Virus record (IMG/VR): IMGVR_UViG_3300022660_000062
Span: 1 to 64,000 of that record
Direction: 5' to 3' (one strand)
Length of the DNA: 64,000 bases
Origin: a virus
Lineage: Duplodnaviria > Heunggongvirae > Uroviricota > Caudoviricetes
Shown here: in pieces, positions 22,678 to 32,395 of the stretch
How positions within the stretch are numbered: position 1 is the stretch's first letter
How the letters are laid out: each line of letters begins with the position of its first letter
Notes under the pieces: generated by a model
Databases searched by the model: none
The model's input: only the letters and a program-made list of their open reading frames with translations
What the model was told of the DNA's origin: nothing
Made by a program: the position numbers and the translations under genes

Positions 22678-23430
22678 ATTGACAACTCAGTGCAGAACGA
22701 ATACCATCGTGCTGAGAACTCGATCCTGCCTGCGGGCGCCTGGAATGCGAAAAACATTCACGAACGATAGCTTGTGATAGCTAGAGGGTTTATGGAGTGA
22801 TTCATAGATTCCGCCTCTGAACTGAGGTCCAGGATGGAAGGGTGTGCTGACATAGTTGTAATCAAAGATACCGTCTTATCGCTCCCACAATAGACAGCTT
22901 GGTTAACAGCCGAGCCGAATCCAAGTTAGGTATTAGCTGGTGACTGTTACAAACCTTGGAAAGACCAACAAGGAAGTTTGCGTTGATCCCTCAGCAATGA
23001 GGAGTATAAGATAAGGTCGGAGGTGCGAGTAGCTCAAACGCAGTCGACTTAAGATGAAAAAATGCTATAAAGAGCTTGTAGATAGTAATAGAAAGTTACT
23101 AATATCAAATTTCTGAATGGCGAGTGAAAGTTGCAAGTAATCAGTCTTGTACAGGAATTATAATGGAGAACGGTGAGTGAGCCTTAAGGTCAAGCCGATG
23201 GCTCCTCAAGGAAGTTGGAAGGCTTCTGGGGCAAGAAGTTTATAGTGGACGCATTGTAAGCTCAGACTTGTCTCCCTGTTGATCGAATATGGTTGAAGGC
23301 TAAACAGTTGGTAAGGCGAAGGCCTGTTGATGAACTTATATATTTTACTATGTGCTTGTCGTGCGTTTTCATTCCTCCTTTCGTGATAACGAGCTTGTCG
23401 ATTATTCGGCGAGCTCGTTATTTGTTTGTT
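22678..23430 (+). ncRNA. About 750-nt promoter-to-terminator transcript with no credible ORF (unclassified structured RNA)
   Basis: It lies between the consensus promoter at 22649-22676 and the terminator at 23388-23430. GC is locally elevated with many short hairpins (CCTCTGAACTGAGG, GGCGCC, AGTCGACT). Only spurious short or antisense ORFs are present. Confidence 0.35.
23388..23430 (+). terminator. Rho-independent terminator
   Basis: AACGAGCTTGTCGATTATTCGGCGAGCTCGTT followed by ATTTGTTTGTTT. Confidence 0.55.
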
Positions 23431-23500
23431 TATTTCTACAATAACTGTTTGTTTATAGTTGATAGTTTCTTAGATCTACTATATAATAAGAATGTAAAAT

Positions 23501-23791
23501 ATGATATGGAGGCGTATTCATATGGATGAAATCAAATATGCAAAGTGTTCTTTTAACAAGGCAACAGGTCAAATTGAAGATTCTGATCTGGAATGGCTGG
23601 AAGGAACAGAGGAGTCCGCTTGTAAGTCTGTTCGAGATGACAGCACTACTTGTGTCCTATTTTTCCCCAAAGATGTTCCTGGTAAGGGTCATCCGGTTAT
23701 TCCAGAGGTGTCCAGAGCTATGTTTGAAGTAGATCCTGCTATCTATGGTGTCTGTTACTACAAGGGGTGGAGTGGCTATGTGTTTGAGTGA
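23501..23791 (+). CDS. Hypothetical protein
   Basis: ORF with GGAGG RBS. Confidence 0.5.
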   Translation: MIWRRIHMDEIKYAKCSFNKATGQIEDSDLEWLEGTEESACKSVRDDSTTCVLFFPKDVPGKGHPVIPEVSRAMFEVDPAIYGVCYYKGWSGYVFE

Positions 23792-24020
23792 TGAGAATGT
23801 TAATCTTCGTCATATCTTCAAGATTGAAATTTACAACAGCATTGGTCCTTTTGAACAGGACGAGGTAATTCTTTACAATGCGGATAAGATTGATGAAGAA
23901 ACTGCCCTTCAAGTTGTAAGTGCAGGAGCACATAGTAAGTATGTGCTGCACATGAGTAAGCGACATTTTGAAGCTCTATTTTTGAACAAGGAGTGTGACG
24001 ACAGATGTCTTTTGGTATGA
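23745..24020 (+). CDS. Hypothetical protein
   Basis: ORF with AGGGGTGGAG RBS; overlaps the upstream gene by 47 nt. Confidence 0.4.
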   Translation: MVSVTTRGGVAMCLSDENVNLRHIFKIEIYNSIGPFEQDEVILYNADKIDEETALQVVSAGAHSKYVLHMSKRHFEALFLNKECDDRCLLV

Positions 24021-24442
24021 TACAGTACAAGAGTCCTTTTAGACCTGTTCCTCGTGATCGTAATCATGTTTGCGGATTTTGTGGAACGCGTGTTGATGTC
24101 AAGTACTCTTACGATGTTGACTCGTCCGATAAATATCCTGAAGCGTCAAGGGAGACTGAAACATCTATCTACAGTTGCAGTTCATGCACTCTTAGACGGA
24201 TGTTTACTTTTCCAAACCATCAATTTGAATATGATTTCAATATTGCAGATCCGTACAAGTTCATGTCTACTCTTCAGCGCATGTACAAAGATCTAGAAAC
24301 TCAGAAAACTTTGTTTCACAAAACTTGGGTATACTGTTACGGCTGTAAAGCTTATGTTAGAGTTGAAGACTCTATTGTGACAAAAGATGAAGATCAGGAT
24401 GTACTGAAATGCGCTACATGTGATTCTATCTTGAGGGATTGA
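24005..24442 (+). CDS. Hypothetical zinc-ribbon protein
   Basis: ORF; CGFCG...CSSC...CYGC...CATC motifs. Confidence 0.5.
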   Translation: MSFGMIQYKSPFRPVPRDRNHVCGFCGTRVDVKYSYDVDSSDKYPEASRETETSIYSCSSCTLRRMFTFPNHQFEYDFNIADPYKFMSTLQRMYKDLETQKTLFHKTWVYCYGCKAYVRVEDSIVTKDEDQDVLKCATCDSILRD

Positions 24443-24750
24443 GAATGAAAAGAATTCTATTACTGAGTTTGCTGATACTGATTATGATGTTTCTGTGTGC
24501 GTGTGATTCTACAATGGATACCGTAACAACTGTTACTACTGGAAATATCCATGTGGAAAGACACTATCAAGATAACGGTGACTTGGTCTGCATCAAAGAG
24601 ACAAACACAGAAACTGGAGTTATTGTTACTACATATTTTTACTGGCAACATGATCAACACGGACGCCGTACTCTTTCTGGAACTGAATGTATTACTGTTG
24701 ATGGTGATGGTAAGATTGTAGCTCACGAGTTTAGTCCAGGGCATAGTTGA
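24439..24750 (+). CDS. Putative lipoprotein
   Basis: Signal peptide plus lipobox MRMKRILLLSLLILIMMFLCAC; GAGGGA RBS. Confidence 0.6.
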   Translation: MRMKRILLLSLLILIMMFLCACDSTMDTVTTVTTGNIHVERHYQDNGDLVCIKETNTETGVIVTTYFYWQHDQHGRRTLSGTECITVDGDGKIVAHEFSPGHS

Positions 24751-24812
24751 TAAAACAGTCCTGTTACTATAATATATGTAATGTCCAAAATAAATGAACG
24801 AAAGGATGATGT

Positions 24813-26312
24813 ATGTTAACTTATCTTATCCCCGCAGCGGTAGTCGTTGCCTTGCTGATTCTGTTGTTTATTACAGGTTATGTCAAGTCACCCCCTGATA
24901 CCGCTTATCTTATCAGTGGTGTTCGGAAGAAAACTGTCATTGGTAAGGCTGCTCTGAAGATTCCCTTCTTTGAGCGAATTGACAAGCTGACTCTAAAGTT
25001 GATTCCTATTGATGTGAAGACTTCAAGCACAGTTCCTACTGCAGATTACATTGACATCAGTGTTGATGCAATCGTAAACGTCAAGATTTCAAGTAAGCCT
25101 GAACTGCTTGCTCTGGCTGCTGAAAACTTCCTAAATCAGCCGATGGATTACATTGCTCGTGTTGCTAGAGAAGTGCTGGAAGGCAACATGCGTGAAATTG
25201 TTGGTCAGATGAAGTTGGAAGAGATGGTTACTGACCGTCAGCTGTTCTCAGAAAAGGTTAAGCAGAATGCTGCTCCCGATCTGGCTGCAATGGGTCTTGA
25301 AATCGTTGCATTCAATGTTCAGAATTTCGACGATCGCAACGGCGTAATTGAGAATCTGGGTGTTGACAATGTTGAGCAGATTCGTAAAAAGGCTGCTATC
25401 GCAAAGGCTGATGCTCACAAGGAAATTGCAATTGCCGAAGCAAATGCAAGTAAGGATGCAAATGATGCTCAGGTAGCATCCGATCTGGAGATTGCTCGTA
25501 AGCGGAATGAGCTTGCTTTGGAGCAGGCTGAACTTCAGAAGAAGGCTGACATCAAGTGGGCAGAAACCGAAGCTGCAAAGGGCATTCAGGCTGAGGAACA
25601 GCGTAAGATTCTTGAGATTTCTACTGCAAATGCAAATCTGGCTAAGCAGGAGAAGGAGATTGAGCTGAAAGCTCGTGAGGTTGAGATTACTGAGCGTAGA
25701 CTGGAAGCAGAAGTCAAGAAGACTGCTGATGCAAAGAAGTACGCAGCTCAGCAGGAAGCAGATGCTAAGTTGTATGCCACTCAGAAGCAAGCTGATGCAG
25801 ATCTCTTTAAGCGTCAGCGTGAAGCAGAAGCTGAGAAGTTCGAAGCAGAACAGAAGGCTGAAGCAACAAAGGCTGCATCTGATGCTCAGAAGGTTGCTAT
25901 GGAAAATGAGGCAGCAGGTATTGCAGCAAAAGGTCGTGCTGAAGCTGAAGCAATTCGAGCAAAAGCCGAAGCCGAAGCAGCTGGTATTCTGAAGAAGGCA
26001 GAAGCAATGGAACGCTATGGTGAAGCTGCAAAGATGGACATGCAGCTCCAGGCTCTCAAGGTTTACTTTGAGCAGCTTCCTGCAATGGCTCAGGCAATCG
26101 GTGAAGGCTATCAGGGTGTTGACAAGATTGTCATGATGGGATCTGATTCCAATCAGCTGGCAAACAACATCATGAATACTACCACTCAGTTGAGTGAGGG
26201 TATGGCAGCAAGCCTCGGAATTGATCTGAAGACTCTGCTGGCTGGTGTGCTGGGACACACTATCGGTAGTAAGTCAAGCTGCGACTGCGGCGGCAACTGC
26301 CACGAAAAGTAA
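24813..26312 (+). CDS. Flotillin-like protein (SPFH/band-7 domain + EA-rich coiled coil; FloT/YuaG family)
   Basis: N-terminal TM helix and SPFH domain (...YLISGVRKKTVIGKAALKIPFFERIDKLTLKLIPIDV...VDAIVNVKI...), then a long Ala/Glu/Lys-rich coiled coil. The minus-strand ORF 25248-26258 is an antisense artefact. Confidence 0.8.
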   Translation: MLTYLIPAAVVVALLILLFITGYVKSPPDTAYLISGVRKKTVIGKAALKIPFFERIDKLTLKLIPIDVKTSSTVPTADYIDISVDAIVNVKISSKPELLALAAENFLNQPMDYIARVAREVLEGNMREIVGQMKLEEMVTDRQLFSEKVKQNAAPDLAAMGLEIVAFNVQNFDDRNGVIENLGVDNVEQIRKKAAIAKADAHKEIAIAEANASKDANDAQVASDLEIARKRNELALEQAELQKKADIKWAETEAAKGIQAEEQRKILEISTANANLAKQEKEIELKAREVEITERRLEAEVKKTADAKKYAAQQEADAKLYATQKQADADLFKRQREAEAEKFEAEQKAEATKAASDAQKVAMENEAAGIAAKGRAEAEAIRAKAEAEAAGILKKAEAMERYGEAAKMDMQLQALKVYFEQLPAMAQAIGEGYQGVDKIVMMGSDSNQLANNIMNTTTQLSEGMAASLGIDLKTLLAGVLGHTIGSKSSCDCGGNCHEK

Positions 26313-26336
26313 AGCTCATCTTACATAGTAAAAATA

Positions 26337-26368
26337 AGCTCGAGATGAAACCTCGAGCTTATTTTTTA
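26337..26368 (+). terminator. Rho-independent terminator
   Basis: AAGCTCGAGATGAAACCTCGAGCTT followed by ATTTTTTAT. Confidence 0.6.
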
Positions 26369-26430
26369 TAGTTGATTAAACAACAGTTTCTAAATATAAT
26401 GTTAATATAAAAGTAATGGAGGAGTTCAAT

Positions 26431-26703
26431 ATGCCAACATTTTCTGTCTTCACACCCACTTCAAATTACAAAAATTTAACATTCCTGGAAACTTTGCACA
26501 CAGTAAATGAGTACATTGCAAAAACCGGCGACAATGAAATTCCAGTTATAATGTTAGAAGAAACTGGAGAAATGGTAAATCAGTATATTTTCTTCGTGGA
26601 TAATGTACCTTATCAAATCACGGACCTACTTGAATTACTTCCTTATATCCACAGATTTCACGAAATCAAAACTTGCTTCGGAATTCTGTGGTTCAATGAT
26701 TAA
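26431..26703 (+). CDS. Hypothetical protein
   Basis: GGAGGAG RBS before the ATG at 26431. Confidence 0.5.
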   Translation: MPTFSVFTPTSNYKNLTFLETLHTVNEYIAKTGDNEIPVIMLEETGEMVNQYIFFVDNVPYQITDLLELLPYIHRFHEIKTCFGILWFND

Positions 26704-26722
26704 CAGTTGGAGGTAGAGTAGA

Positions 26723-27343
26723 ATGAAACCTGAAGATTTTATCATTGGTTGTGACATGGATGACACTTTGACACATCTTGTCACACCTTGGATTCAGTAT
26801 CTGAACAATAGATACGGAACACATGTTGATCCGTACAAAGAACTTCATTGGGACATGAAAGTTCAATATCCTCAGCTGACATACGAGCAGATTTTTGAAC
26901 CTCTGTTTGAAAAAGAATTCTGGAAACACGTTACGCCACTTCCTGGTGCTGTTAACATTGTTAAGAAGCTTATCGATGAGGGATTTCAATTCTATATTGT
27001 TACATCTACACACTATCGTAGTTTAGCTGATAAACTTCCTGATGTACTTTTCAAATATTTTCCGTTCATCGATAGACACAATGTCATCATTACATACAAC
27101 AAACAGCTGATCAACTGTCATGTTCTGATTGATGATGGTACACATAACATTGTTGGTCCGTACAAAGGATTGCTGATGGACGCTCAGCACAACAAGTCTT
27201 TCAAAGAAACAGATTTTGACAATGTGAAACGAATTTACAGCTGGGCTGAAGCATACGAAGAAGTTCATAAAATCTATAATCAGTATAAGGAGAGTGTCTA
27301 TGACGATAAGCCAGATTATTCAGTTATGGATGAAGCACACTGA
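26723..27343 (+). CDS. 5'(3')-deoxyribonucleotidase-like HAD-family phosphatase
   Basis: N-terminal DMDDTL (DxDxT) motif plus a HAD-like core (...FYIVTSTHY...LIDDG). GGAGGT RBS. Confidence 0.65.
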   Translation: MKPEDFIIGCDMDDTLTHLVTPWIQYLNNRYGTHVDPYKELHWDMKVQYPQLTYEQIFEPLFEKEFWKHVTPLPGAVNIVKKLIDEGFQFYIVTSTHYRSLADKLPDVLFKYFPFIDRHNVIITYNKQLINCHVLIDDGTHNIVGPYKGLLMDAQHNKSFKETDFDNVKRIYSWAEAYEEVHKIYNQYKESVYDDKPDYSVMDEAH

Positions 27344-29285
27344 TTATGATCCTGATAGAAAATCTTTCTATCTCGGATCTATGATAAGCGAGGCTCATAC
27401 TTGCACTAAGCTCATGTCAGAACTGAGCAACGAATATGACAATTCAGGTATGCTTGCTGTTCTGTACGCTAAGAGCTGTTATGAAGATATGTTACACGGA
27501 TTCCGTATCAATCTTGAAGAGTTTGTTAAGGACAAAACTGTAATTCAAGAATACTGGAATATGTGGGATGCATTCAATTCCCCTGTTGTTAAGGAAGCTG
27601 AAGACCATCTGATTCAAATCTTCAATGCTCTTGTAGCTAAAGTGTCCGGATGTAAGCTTCTTGGAGCTGGTAATCGGGAAGAGGATCTTCAGCTGCTCTA
27701 CAGCAGTGTTTCTAAAGTAACAGAATCCTTGTGTAAATGCAAAGTGGAATCATTCCTGAAGGGCGCACCGTGTCTCGGCGAATTGAATCATGTAAGTGGA
27801 ATCATTGAGGTGTTCCCTACTCTTGCACAATGTCTAAGAACTGTTGAGTGCAGAGTTGATGGTGTGTATATTGCTTACATATCTCAGTACAACTCTGCTG
27901 GTGGTTATTTTACATTCATTCTCAAGAGTAACGGCAATATCATTTCTATCAATGATCGTATTGATGAAACATATATCGGTCAGCACGGAAACAGCCGTAA
28001 CGGTAGATGGACCGAAAAGGCTCTGTTTGATCTTTTTCCTTATGACGAGATCTTGAAGTTTAGCTCTTACGACTATAAGGGCTATGCCACTAAGTGGGAT
28101 GTTAAAGAAATTGAGGATGCTGGTTTCCCGCTGAAAAATCTCACGCAAGAATCTTACATGGCTGTTCTTCTTGCCATCATTCTTATTGTTAAAAAGTATG
28201 CAGGAAGAGACATTACCGATATTACGAGAAAGTTTGTTGACACACTGTTAACTCCGAATCTGAATCTTCTTGAAGCACATGTTGATACTACTGCACTAGT
28301 GCCTGTAACTAACAGCGCTATTGTTGCATACACCAATGAATGGAAGCCAACCATTGATACCGCGACTGTAATGAATCCTGATAGCGGAAAGAGATTTGAC
28401 TACGCCACCAACAAAGATTCAGGGAAGTCGTATGAAGAGATGGGGTGCTTCAAAGGTTTCAATCAAGAGTTTGTAGACTTGTATGGTGACGATTTTATTC
28501 TTGATCCTTCCAAAGTTTTCTATACTCCGGATAGATTAGCTATTACCGATGGAGGAGAAACCACAATGCGCTGTGCGGAGTTTGTAGGCACAAGAGAAAA
28601 ATTTGATCTTGAAGTGTTTCGTCAAAGTAGAAAACAACTGGCTGATCATATTAACAAGCGTATGGTCGAAGAGTACGAAGCATTCGGTGGTCACGAGGCA
28701 GTTATGAAGTGGTTCTATGGTCTTGTTATCTCAAACAAGGAAAAACTTACACAGCTTGCTCTTGATGAATGGACTGCAATCATGGTTGATAAAACAAAGC
28801 ATAACTATGAGTCTTCTCCTGGTTGGATACCTTGTTCTAGAGAACTTCATACAAGCATTCGAGAGACAGGTGAGTTCTACGGCATCATCGGTCGAATGGT
28901 GAACGAACCGCAAGACCACAAAACTCATCACAGATGGGACTGCGAATGGTCGGAACACTGGAAATGTCCTGTTACTGGAACTACTGCAAATGTTTGGTTT
29001 ACTTTCCTACCTTGCAGTTACACGGAGATTGAGAGAATTTTCGGCGTTGAGGTTCCGAAAGTTATGAAGGGCTATACCATCACAAGTAGCGTTGATGGAT
29101 TTGCAAAGGGTAACAGTATTCTGGATTCTACAGATGCAGTTGCTGACGTGGATCACATCTACTCCTCCAGAAGTAAGGCAGCAAGTATGTGCAAAGATCG
29201 TCCTAACAGCAGATTTGAGTTCAGCATCGGCTTCAGTAAGCGTGGATTAAATCGACTGTTGAAAGAACGTCAAAATAACAGTTGA
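27294..29285 (+). CDS. Large hypothetical protein (663 aa)
   Basis: Long ORF with AGGAG RBS; no recognised motif. Confidence 0.65.
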   Translation: MSMTISQIIQLWMKHTDYDPDRKSFYLGSMISEAHTCTKLMSELSNEYDNSGMLAVLYAKSCYEDMLHGFRINLEEFVKDKTVIQEYWNMWDAFNSPVVKEAEDHLIQIFNALVAKVSGCKLLGAGNREEDLQLLYSSVSKVTESLCKCKVESFLKGAPCLGELNHVSGIIEVFPTLAQCLRTVECRVDGVYIAYISQYNSAGGYFTFILKSNGNIISINDRIDETYIGQHGNSRNGRWTEKALFDLFPYDEILKFSSYDYKGYATKWDVKEIEDAGFPLKNLTQESYMAVLLAIILIVKKYAGRDITDITRKFVDTLLTPNLNLLEAHVDTTALVPVTNSAIVAYTNEWKPTIDTATVMNPDSGKRFDYATNKDSGKSYEEMGCFKGFNQEFVDLYGDDFILDPSKVFYTPDRLAITDGGETTMRCAEFVGTREKFDLEVFRQSRKQLADHINKRMVEEYEAFGGHEAVMKWFYGLVISNKEKLTQLALDEWTAIMVDKTKHNYESSPGWIPCSRELHTSIRETGEFYGIIGRMVNEPQDHKTHHRWDCEWSEHWKCPVTGTTANVWFTFLPCSYTEIERIFGVEVPKVMKGYTITSSVDGFAKGNSILDSTDAVADVDHIYSSRSKAASMCKDRPNSRFEFSIGFSKRGLNRLLKERQNNS

Positions 29286-29339
29286 TTATTCACTTCCAAT
29301 CCTTTATAATATAAACATAAAGGATTGGAGGTTTACATT

Positions 29340-29759
29340 ATGGCAATCAAAGACATCGTGAAGGATACAACTATCCTGACTCAAAAGAGTGTTCCTTTTG
29401 TTTTCGGTGAGGATGATGCAATCATTCAGGATCTGCAGGACACTGCAACTGCTCATGAAGATAACTGTGCAGGTCTTGCAGCTATTCAGCTCGGTATTCC
29501 AAAAAGAGTCATTGTGGTCAAGGAAGGCAGTAATTTTGTTACATACATAAATCCCGTCATTGTTAAGAGAAGTCGTGAATCCTACATGGCAACGGAAGGC
29601 TGCCTCAGCTTGGAAGGTCCTCGTACTGTTAAGAGATACCGATCTGTCATGGTAAGTTATACTACTGCCAATGGCAAGAAGAGGTCCAAAACATTTAACG
29701 GTTTTGTGGCAGAAATTTTGCAGCACGAGATTGATCATTGTAACGGTGTACTTATTTGA
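29340..29759 (+). CDS. def: Peptide deformylase
   Basis: Signature motifs GLAAIQLG, EGCLS and HEIDHCNG. GGAGGT RBS before the ATG at 29340. Confidence 0.85.
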   Translation: MAIKDIVKDTTILTQKSVPFVFGEDDAIIQDLQDTATAHEDNCAGLAAIQLGIPKRVIVVKEGSNFVTYINPVIVKRSRESYMATEGCLSLEGPRTVKRYRSVMVSYTTANGKKRSKTFNGFVAEILQHEIDHCNGVLI

Positions 29760-29775
29760 GAGGAGGAACTATTAC

Positions 29776-30117
29776 ATGACGTATGCGGAAGAGACAACAG
29801 CTGTTGTTAAGATCTGGATCGATGATGTTCGTCCTGCTCCTCCCGGATACAAGTGGATAAAATCCACAAATGAAGCCATTCGATATCTTCAAGAATGTCA
29901 GTGGTACGATCGCTATGTTGTTGATGTCTCTCTGATCATCGATATTGATCATGATGCAGGAGATTATGCAGCTGATGGTGGTGACTACATTAAGATACTC
30001 GATTGGATGGAAAGTGAGCGTCTTGGCGCTACATTCCACATTCACTCTATGAACCCTGTTGGAGTTCAAAATATGAGAAACATCATTCAGAAAAATGGTT
30101 GGAGGGAAATGAGATGA
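29776..30117 (+). CDS. Small receiver-like domain protein (possible cREC-type cyclic-phosphate-processing receiver domain)
   Basis: Pattern VVKIWIDDVRPAPPGYKW...A...L...DVSLIIDIDHDAGD...W is reminiscent of cREC domains linked to RNA-repair loci. GAGGAGG RBS. Confidence 0.45.
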   Translation: MTYAEETTAVVKIWIDDVRPAPPGYKWIKSTNEAIRYLQECQWYDRYVVDVSLIIDIDHDAGDYAADGGDYIKILDWMESERLGATFHIHSMNPVGVQNMRNIIQKNGWREMR

Positions 30118-30371
30118 TTATTTTCGTCATTGCTTGGCAATTTTTTGGTGCACTTCTACTGGTCTGTATTAGCTGTCTATCGAAGGAAGGCTTCATGCGT
30201 GAGTTCACCGGATGGGAATTTGTAAATCCGTACTGGTGCTACAAATTTAACAAGCATGTGAATGTTTTCGGAGCTCTGATGCTTGCACTGATGTTTACTG
30301 CAATCTGTCCTGCTGGCGCAGTTTGTTACTGGTTCTACAAGCTCTGCACCTTCGGCAGAAGAAAGCAGTAA
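30114..30371 (+). CDS. Small membrane protein
   Basis: GGAGGGA RBS before the ATG at 30114; two hydrophobic helices. Confidence 0.5.
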   Translation: MIIFVIAWQFFGALLLVCISCLSKEGFMREFTGWEFVNPYWCYKFNKHVNVFGALMLALMFTAICPAGAVCYWFYKLCTFGRRKQ

Positions 30372-30400
30372 TCAATACTGAAGATTAAAATTGGAAGGTT

Positions 30401-30592
30401 GTGGTAAGTATGTTACGAAAGTATTTTGAGAATACACGACACTATACTTGTCCAGAATGCGGTAAGGATTTCAGTTACAATTTCTTGCAGTGGTTCTGGA
30501 CAATGATGCATTTTGACATCACTCGTCACAGATATGTTAAATGTACACACTGTGGAAAGCGTCACTGGTTGCAAGCAAAGAAGGTGATGTAA
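30401..30592 (+). CDS. Small zinc-ribbon protein
   Basis: CPECG...CTHCG; GGAAGG RBS. Confidence 0.5.
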   Translation: MVSMLRKYFENTRHYTCPECGKDFSYNFLQWFWTMMHFDITRHRYVKCTHCGKRHWLQAKKVM

Positions 30593-30595
30593 ACT

Positions 30596-31072
30596 ATGCA
30601 GTTGTTTATTTTATTTACTGCATTAACAACTCTCAATGTCATTGTAAGCACTATCAAGTCTATTGTGACCATCAAGTCTGGAAAACTTGCTGCTGCACTT
30701 GTTAACGCGTTAGCATACGCGATAAATACAGTTGCAATCGTCTATACTGTATGTGACTTGCCTCTGTGGTTGAAGATGCTTGTTGTAGCTGTTACAAACT
30801 TCATCGGTGTGTTCATTGTAAAGTGGGCCGAAGAAAAGGCAAGAAAGGACAGACTCTGGAAAGTTGAAGCTACATTCAATCACGATGACAACCTGATCAG
30901 AGAGCTCAAAACTTGGTCAGAAAAATATGACATAAGCACTAAGTATTCAGATATTGTGAAGTACTATGAAGTGGATTTCTATGCTAAAACCAAACACGAA
31001 AGCTCGCTCATTCGTGAATTCATAAAGACTCACAATGGTAAGTATTTCGTTACAGAGAGTAAAGAGTTATGA
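30596..31072 (+). CDS. Membrane protein
   Basis: ORF with AGGTGATG RBS; multiple TM helices. Confidence 0.55.
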   Translation: MQLFILFTALTTLNVIVSTIKSIVTIKSGKLAAALVNALAYAINTVAIVYTVCDLPLWLKMLVVAVTNFIGVFIVKWAEEKARKDRLWKVEATFNHDDNLIRELKTWSEKYDISTKYSDIVKYYEVDFYAKTKHESSLIREFIKTHNGKYFVTESKEL

Positions 31073-31287
31073 TTGAAATTGGTAAAACTTACAGATACAG
31101 TTATGATGATCATCCAACAAATAGAAGTGCAGCAATTGTAGAGGTTGTTGGAATGTTGTCAGATGAAGTTGCAGTTGTTAAATTTCATAAGGTTTTGTGT
31201 GACCAAACTGGTAACGGTTATTTTGAGTACCTGCAACGAAGCGGTCACACAATGAATGTTACTGCAAGTAGATTAAAACAACTGTAA
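31069..31287 (+). CDS. Hypothetical small protein
   Basis: ORF, translationally coupled. Confidence 0.5.
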   Translation: MIEIGKTYRYSYDDHPTNRSAAIVEVVGMLSDEVAVVKFHKVLCDQTGNGYFEYLQRSGHTMNVTASRLKQL

Positions 31288-31295
31288 TTTTATAG

Positions 31296-31324
31296 TTGAA
31301 TGATTCTAACTGTTACTATATAAT
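31296..31324 (+). promoter_or_regulatory. Sigma-A-type promoter (family)
   Basis: TAGTTGAATGATTCTAACTGTTACTATATAAT. Confidence 0.55.
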
Positions 31325-31360
31325 GATAGTATAATAAATAACCTGATGGAGGTAACTATT

Positions 31361-32314
31361 ATGGCACATGAAGTTGAGTCTCTGATGTATACTTCTAACG
31401 ACAAGAACGGCCGCTTTGTTCCTTGGCATGGTCTGGGAACTCCTGTTCAGGAATCTCCTACGAGTGCTGATGCACTCAAGATTGCTGGTTTGGACTGGAG
31501 AGTTGAGGCTAAGCCGATCTATACAAACGATGGAATCAAGATTCCTGGCTATGTTGCAAATACCCGTGACAGCGACAACAGTGTTCTGGGTGTTGTTACT
31601 GAAAAGTACAAGATCGTCCAGAACGAAGATGCTTTCGCGTTTACCGATTCTTTGATCGGTGGCGATGTTCGATACGAGACCGCAGGTAGCCTCCGTAACG
31701 GTAAGAGCACATTCCTGTTGGCTAAGCTGCCTGATACAAAGATTCTGGATGATGCTTTCGGTCAGTACCTTTGCTTTACCAACACTCATGATGGTAGCGG
31801 TGCTGTTAAGGTCATGATGACTCCTGTTCGAGTTGTGTGCAACAATACGCTGAACCTTGCGCTCAATACTACAAAGCGCATGTGGACTTGTAAGCACATG
31901 GGCAGCATGAAAGACAAGCTGCACGAAGCTGAGGAGACTCTCGGCTTTGCTCACAAGTATATGGACAATCTGGCTGTGGTAGCAGAGCGTCTGGCAAATG
32001 TTTCTCTTCGTGATGAAGAGATTCAGGCAATTGTTGCTGAGCTCTTTCCGATGGACGAAAACAGCTCTGATCGCACAAAGGCAAACATGCAAAAGGCGAA
32101 GCAGGAATTCATGGTGGCTTACTACATGCCTGATATCGCGAAGTTCCGCAATACTGCATGGGGCTTGCTCAATGCAACAAGTGACTGGATGAGTCACACT
32201 TCTCCTCAGCGTAACACTCCTACCTATCAGGAACGTAACTTCGAGCGCATCATTTGCGGTCATCCTATTCTTGATGCTATCATGAAGAAGGTTGGCGCAG
32301 GAGTTGAGACCTAA
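31361..32314 (+). CDS. Phage/plasmid DUF932-like protein
   Basis: MAHEVESLMYTSNDKNGRFVPWHGLGT... resembles the DUF932 N-terminus. GGAGGT RBS. The minus-strand ORF 31316-32263 is an antisense artefact. Confidence 0.55.
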   Translation: MAHEVESLMYTSNDKNGRFVPWHGLGTPVQESPTSADALKIAGLDWRVEAKPIYTNDGIKIPGYVANTRDSDNSVLGVVTEKYKIVQNEDAFAFTDSLIGGDVRYETAGSLRNGKSTFLLAKLPDTKILDDAFGQYLCFTNTHDGSGAVKVMMTPVRVVCNNTLNLALNTTKRMWTCKHMGSMKDKLHEAEETLGFAHKYMDNLAVVAERLANVSLRDEEIQAIVAELFPMDENSSDRTKANMQKAKQEFMVAYYMPDIAKFRNTAWGLLNATSDWMSHTSPQRNTPTYQERNFERIICGHPILDAIMKKVGAGVET

Positions 32315-32395
32315 TCCAAATAAACAGTTGATTATCTGTCAACAGGAATCTATAATATAACTGTTGACAGATATTCTTTGTAAAGGAGAATCATT

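Noticed and set aside
23293-23529. 78-aa plus-strand ORF at the end of the long noncoding region
   Set aside because: It spans the terminator hairpin and the downstream promoter and has no RBS, so it is likely noise inside the noncoding transcript and promoter region.
29671-30117. Track ORF start at 29671, overlapping def by 89 nt
   Set aside because: The strong GAGGAGG RBS sits immediately before the in-frame ATG at 29776, so the longer N-terminus is most likely not translated. Track starts were adjusted likewise for 5439, 6502, 8487, 21185, 26416, 29325, 31346, 34245, 35629, 45498, 47472 and 53464.
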